Origin: Amphiscolops sp. MND2022
Taxonomy: Eukaryota
Direction: 5' to 3'
Length of the DNA stretch: 64,000 nt
NCBI GenBank assembly: GCA_964187785.1
Contig: OZ076409.1
Location: 64,606,001 to 64,670,000, forward strand
The translations under genes were made by a program, and so were the position numbers. Below the pieces are notes generated by a model that worked only from the letters and a program-made list of their open reading frames with translations, did no database searches and was not told where the DNA came from. Positions 61,499 through 64,000 of this stretch are shown here, in pieces (within the stretch, counting starts at the first letter, position 1; the number at the start of each line of letters is the position of its first letter).

Positions 61499-64000
61499 TG
61501 TCATGTGAATATTGAATTCTGTATCTTCTGAAACGGGTGGACAATGAACATAACTTACAATGCACCAGTAGTTTTTTGACCTTTTCTTGTTCTAAATGAA
61601 CGATAATGAGTCATAAGTTTTGGGTTTATATTGGTGTTTTGTTTAAATTTGAAATGCTGTCGTAAAGAAAGTACCAATTATGCGTCACCATACAGAACCG
61701 GTAGTGATGAGAGTACGTCACTATTCGGAATTTGACTCATAATATATGCGGCACTTAGCTTTTAATATTTGATGATTATACGTCACCCTGCAGAAATCTT
61801 AGTGATGTATATTACTACGGTTTTCCAGGGTTTTGTTTTTCATGCAGATATCATGACCTTCAAAACTATGAACCTAGACAGAGAGCATACATTTTGTTGT
61901 TAAACATAAAACTCTAATTACTGTCAATTTGAGTTTACTACATTTTGTGTTGTACAATAGAGTATTGACCATTGTACTTAAGATTGATGCTATAGAATAG
62001 TTGCTAAAGAAGATACGAATTTATCGTCTTAGATAAAGAACCATTTTTACCGTAATAGACCGAGATTACATCATGGCGCAGTAGCAAGATTTACTTTTAT
62101 CCGTAAATCCAATTTTAACTGACCAATTACCAATGACGACAACCAAGAGTAATATATTGCTACCATACCTTGAAGACACCGGACTCGATGGAAAAAAATT
62201 ATACACCCCTAAAGAATGGACCGAACGATTACGGCATTACATAAAACGAATCCATGATATCGATATAAAACCGGCTTTATCCTGGGAAACAATGCCAACA
62301 AGTAACGAATGGACAACAAAAGAACCGGAAATAAGACAAGATTTCATTTGGGGAGCAGGACCATCGGCAATAGAGACGATCACCAAAGGAGAATTCAACA
62401 CAGATCCCGATACCATCAATACAGAAAGACTCGTCCAACTATTCAAAGACTATTACATGCCAAAGCGAAACACCTACCACAGCCGAGGAGATTTCTTCTG
62501 GGCGAAACAAGAAGACAACGAAGCCCCGGAAGAACACTGGCGAAAATTAGTATCCCTCGAAAAGAACTGCGAATTCAAAGATATCAAACAAGAAGATCTA
62601 CTAATATCAAAATTTATCACTAGTATTACCGATAAAAAACTACGGGAAAAACTCATGCGCGAAAAAACCCTGAATCTGAAAACTACCATGGATCTGGTAA
62701 CCCAAGATAGTTATGAAAAGAGACACAAGCAATCAACAATACCACCAGCACTGGCGAAAGAAAAAGAAATAAAAGAAGAGCCCATACAGAAGATACAACC
62801 ACGAAACTATCGGAAAAATACCGAAATAACAGCAAAAAACAACAACTACGGTTTCTGCGGACAGCAAAACTGGTCACCATCACACAAATGCCCGGCAAAA
62901 ACGGCAGAATGCAACAATTGCCACAAAATGGGACACTTTGCAAGAGTTTGCCGGAGCAAAACCAATAAGAACACGAGAGAACAAAAAATCAACTACCTGG
63001 AAGAAACATACACCGAAGAAGAAGAAAGTGAACCAGAAGAAATACAACAAATCACGCAAATCAATAGAGTACTACCGGATGAAAATGACAACTACGGGAT
63101 TAAACTAAAAATTAACGGTAAATACCAAAATTTCACCATTGACACCGGCTCTCCAGTTACAATAATGCCAAACAACCCAGAACTCTACAACCAAAGAGAT
63201 ATAAAACCCCTGGAAGAAAGATACCAAGACGTAAACAAAAACGAAATCCAATTCCTCGGGAAAATATGGGCAGATATCGAATACAACGGAAAGACGACAA
63301 AATTACCAATCCTAATTACAAAAAGAAACGATATCACTCCATTATTAGGCGTGAACTGGTTGAAACAATTACCAATCACCATCAACAAAATTCAATTGGA
63401 CGAACCAACCAACCAATCAGAAACCATCTACGCGAAATTCAACAAACTATTCGAAACAAACCATACAATCAAAAATATAGAAGTGAAAATCCAAATAAAG
63501 CCAGGATGCTACCCATCCAGCAGAAAGCCAGACCGATACCGTACCATTTACAAAAAAGACGTAAAAAACGAACTGGACCGACTAATAAAATCCGGACACC
63601 TCGAACGATTAGAAAAAATCGAAGAAGATTGTTTTGTATCACCCGTTGTAATTACGGTAAAGAAAGACAAGACGGTAAAAATCGCGCTAGACGCCCAAAA
63701 ACTCAACGACAGCTGCGTAAAGAAAAGGCCACACATGCCAAATATGGAAGAACTATTAAATCAAATATCAGCCGAACTATCCAAAAACGACCGTGACCCA
63801 ATTTGGATATCCGTAGTAGACCTTGACTATGCATACGGACAAATGAAACTGGCCCCCGAGACAAGCAAACACTGCAACTTTGCAATGACAGGAGAGAAAA
63901 TAAATGGATATTACCGATTCTTAAAAGGATTCTACGGTCCCGCTGACATACCAACGGTTTTCCAAGAGAAAATAGACAGAACCCTGGGCCACCAAACACC
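61499..64000 (+). mobile_element. Second Ty3/Gypsy (Mag-like) LTR retrotransposon, 5' part
   Basis: Putative LTR 61499-62070 (TGTCAT...ATTACA), PBS TGGCGCAGT (tRNA-Ser-like) at 62074-62082, then a single gag-pol ORF. Confidence 0.85.
62133..64000 (+). CDS. Uninterrupted gag-pol polyprotein, runs off the window
   Basis: ATG 62133; the same frame is open at 63960-64000. Two knuckles CGFCG..HKC and CNNCHKMGHFARVC, protease FTIDTGS, RT start SPVVITVKKDKTVKIALD, DLDYAYGQ. Confidence 0.9.
   Translation, partial: MTTTKSNILLPYLEDTGLDGKKLYTPKEWTERLRHYIKRIHDIDIKPALSWETMPTSNEWTTKEPEIRQDFIWGAGPSAIETITKGEFNTDPDTINTERLVQLFKDYYMPKRNTYHSRGDFFWAKQEDNEAPEEHWRKLVSLEKNCEFKDIKQEDLLISKFITSITDKKLREKLMREKTLNLKTTMDLVTQDSYEKRHKQSTIPPALAKEKEIKEEPIQKIQPRNYRKNTEITAKNNNYGFCGQQNWSPSHKCPAKTAECNNCHKMGHFARVCRSKTNKNTREQKINYLEETYTEEEESEPEEIQQITQINRVLPDENDNYGIKLKINGKYQNFTIDTGSPVTIMPNNPELYNQRDIKPLEERYQDVNKNEIQFLGKIWADIEYNGKTTKLPILITKRNDITPLLGVNWLKQLPITINKIQLDEPTNQSETIYAKFNKLFETNHTIKNIEVKIQIKPGCYPSSRKPDRYRTIYKKDVKNELDRLIKSGHLERLEKIEEDCFVSPVVITVKKDKTVKIALDAQKLNDSCVKKRPHMPNMEELLNQISAELSKNDRDPIWISVVDLDYAYGQMKLAPETSKHCNFAMTGEKINGYYRFLKGFYGPADIPTVFQEKIDRTLGHQT

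Noticed and set aside
62237..63999. Short ORFs listed in the track in this interval
   Set aside because: Alternate or antisense frames of the real gag-pol ORF starting at 62133.

Overview
Repeat-dense, AT-rich eukaryotic (invertebrate animal-like) genomic DNA with short GT-AG introns and one 200-N gap. Three host genes can be reconstructed by hand, all on the minus strand: a kappaB-Ras/NKIRAS-like GTPase (3 exons), an SMIM15-like small membrane protein (2 exons) and NR2C2AP (2 exons). Most of the rest is mobile DNA: two Ty3/Gypsy LTR elements, a Bel/Pao element nested in a CR1-like LINE and itself hit by another LINE, a CRE-like RLE retrotransposon, a Penelope-like GIY-YIG fragment, hAT derivatives, MITE nests and many HINE/Helentron-like short elements. 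The most unusual region is 1-6.7 kb. It lies directly downstream of the first Gypsy pol, and no 3' LTR is visible. It carries an antisense cassette made of a degraded ORF, a 110-aa FAST-like single-pass membrane protein, and a 5-exon gene joining a GIN/Ginger-type HHCC zinc domain directly to an OTU cysteine-protease domain with no DDE core. The 5' half of that gene is tandemly triplicated. All calls come from manual reading and recalled motifs; no database search was run.
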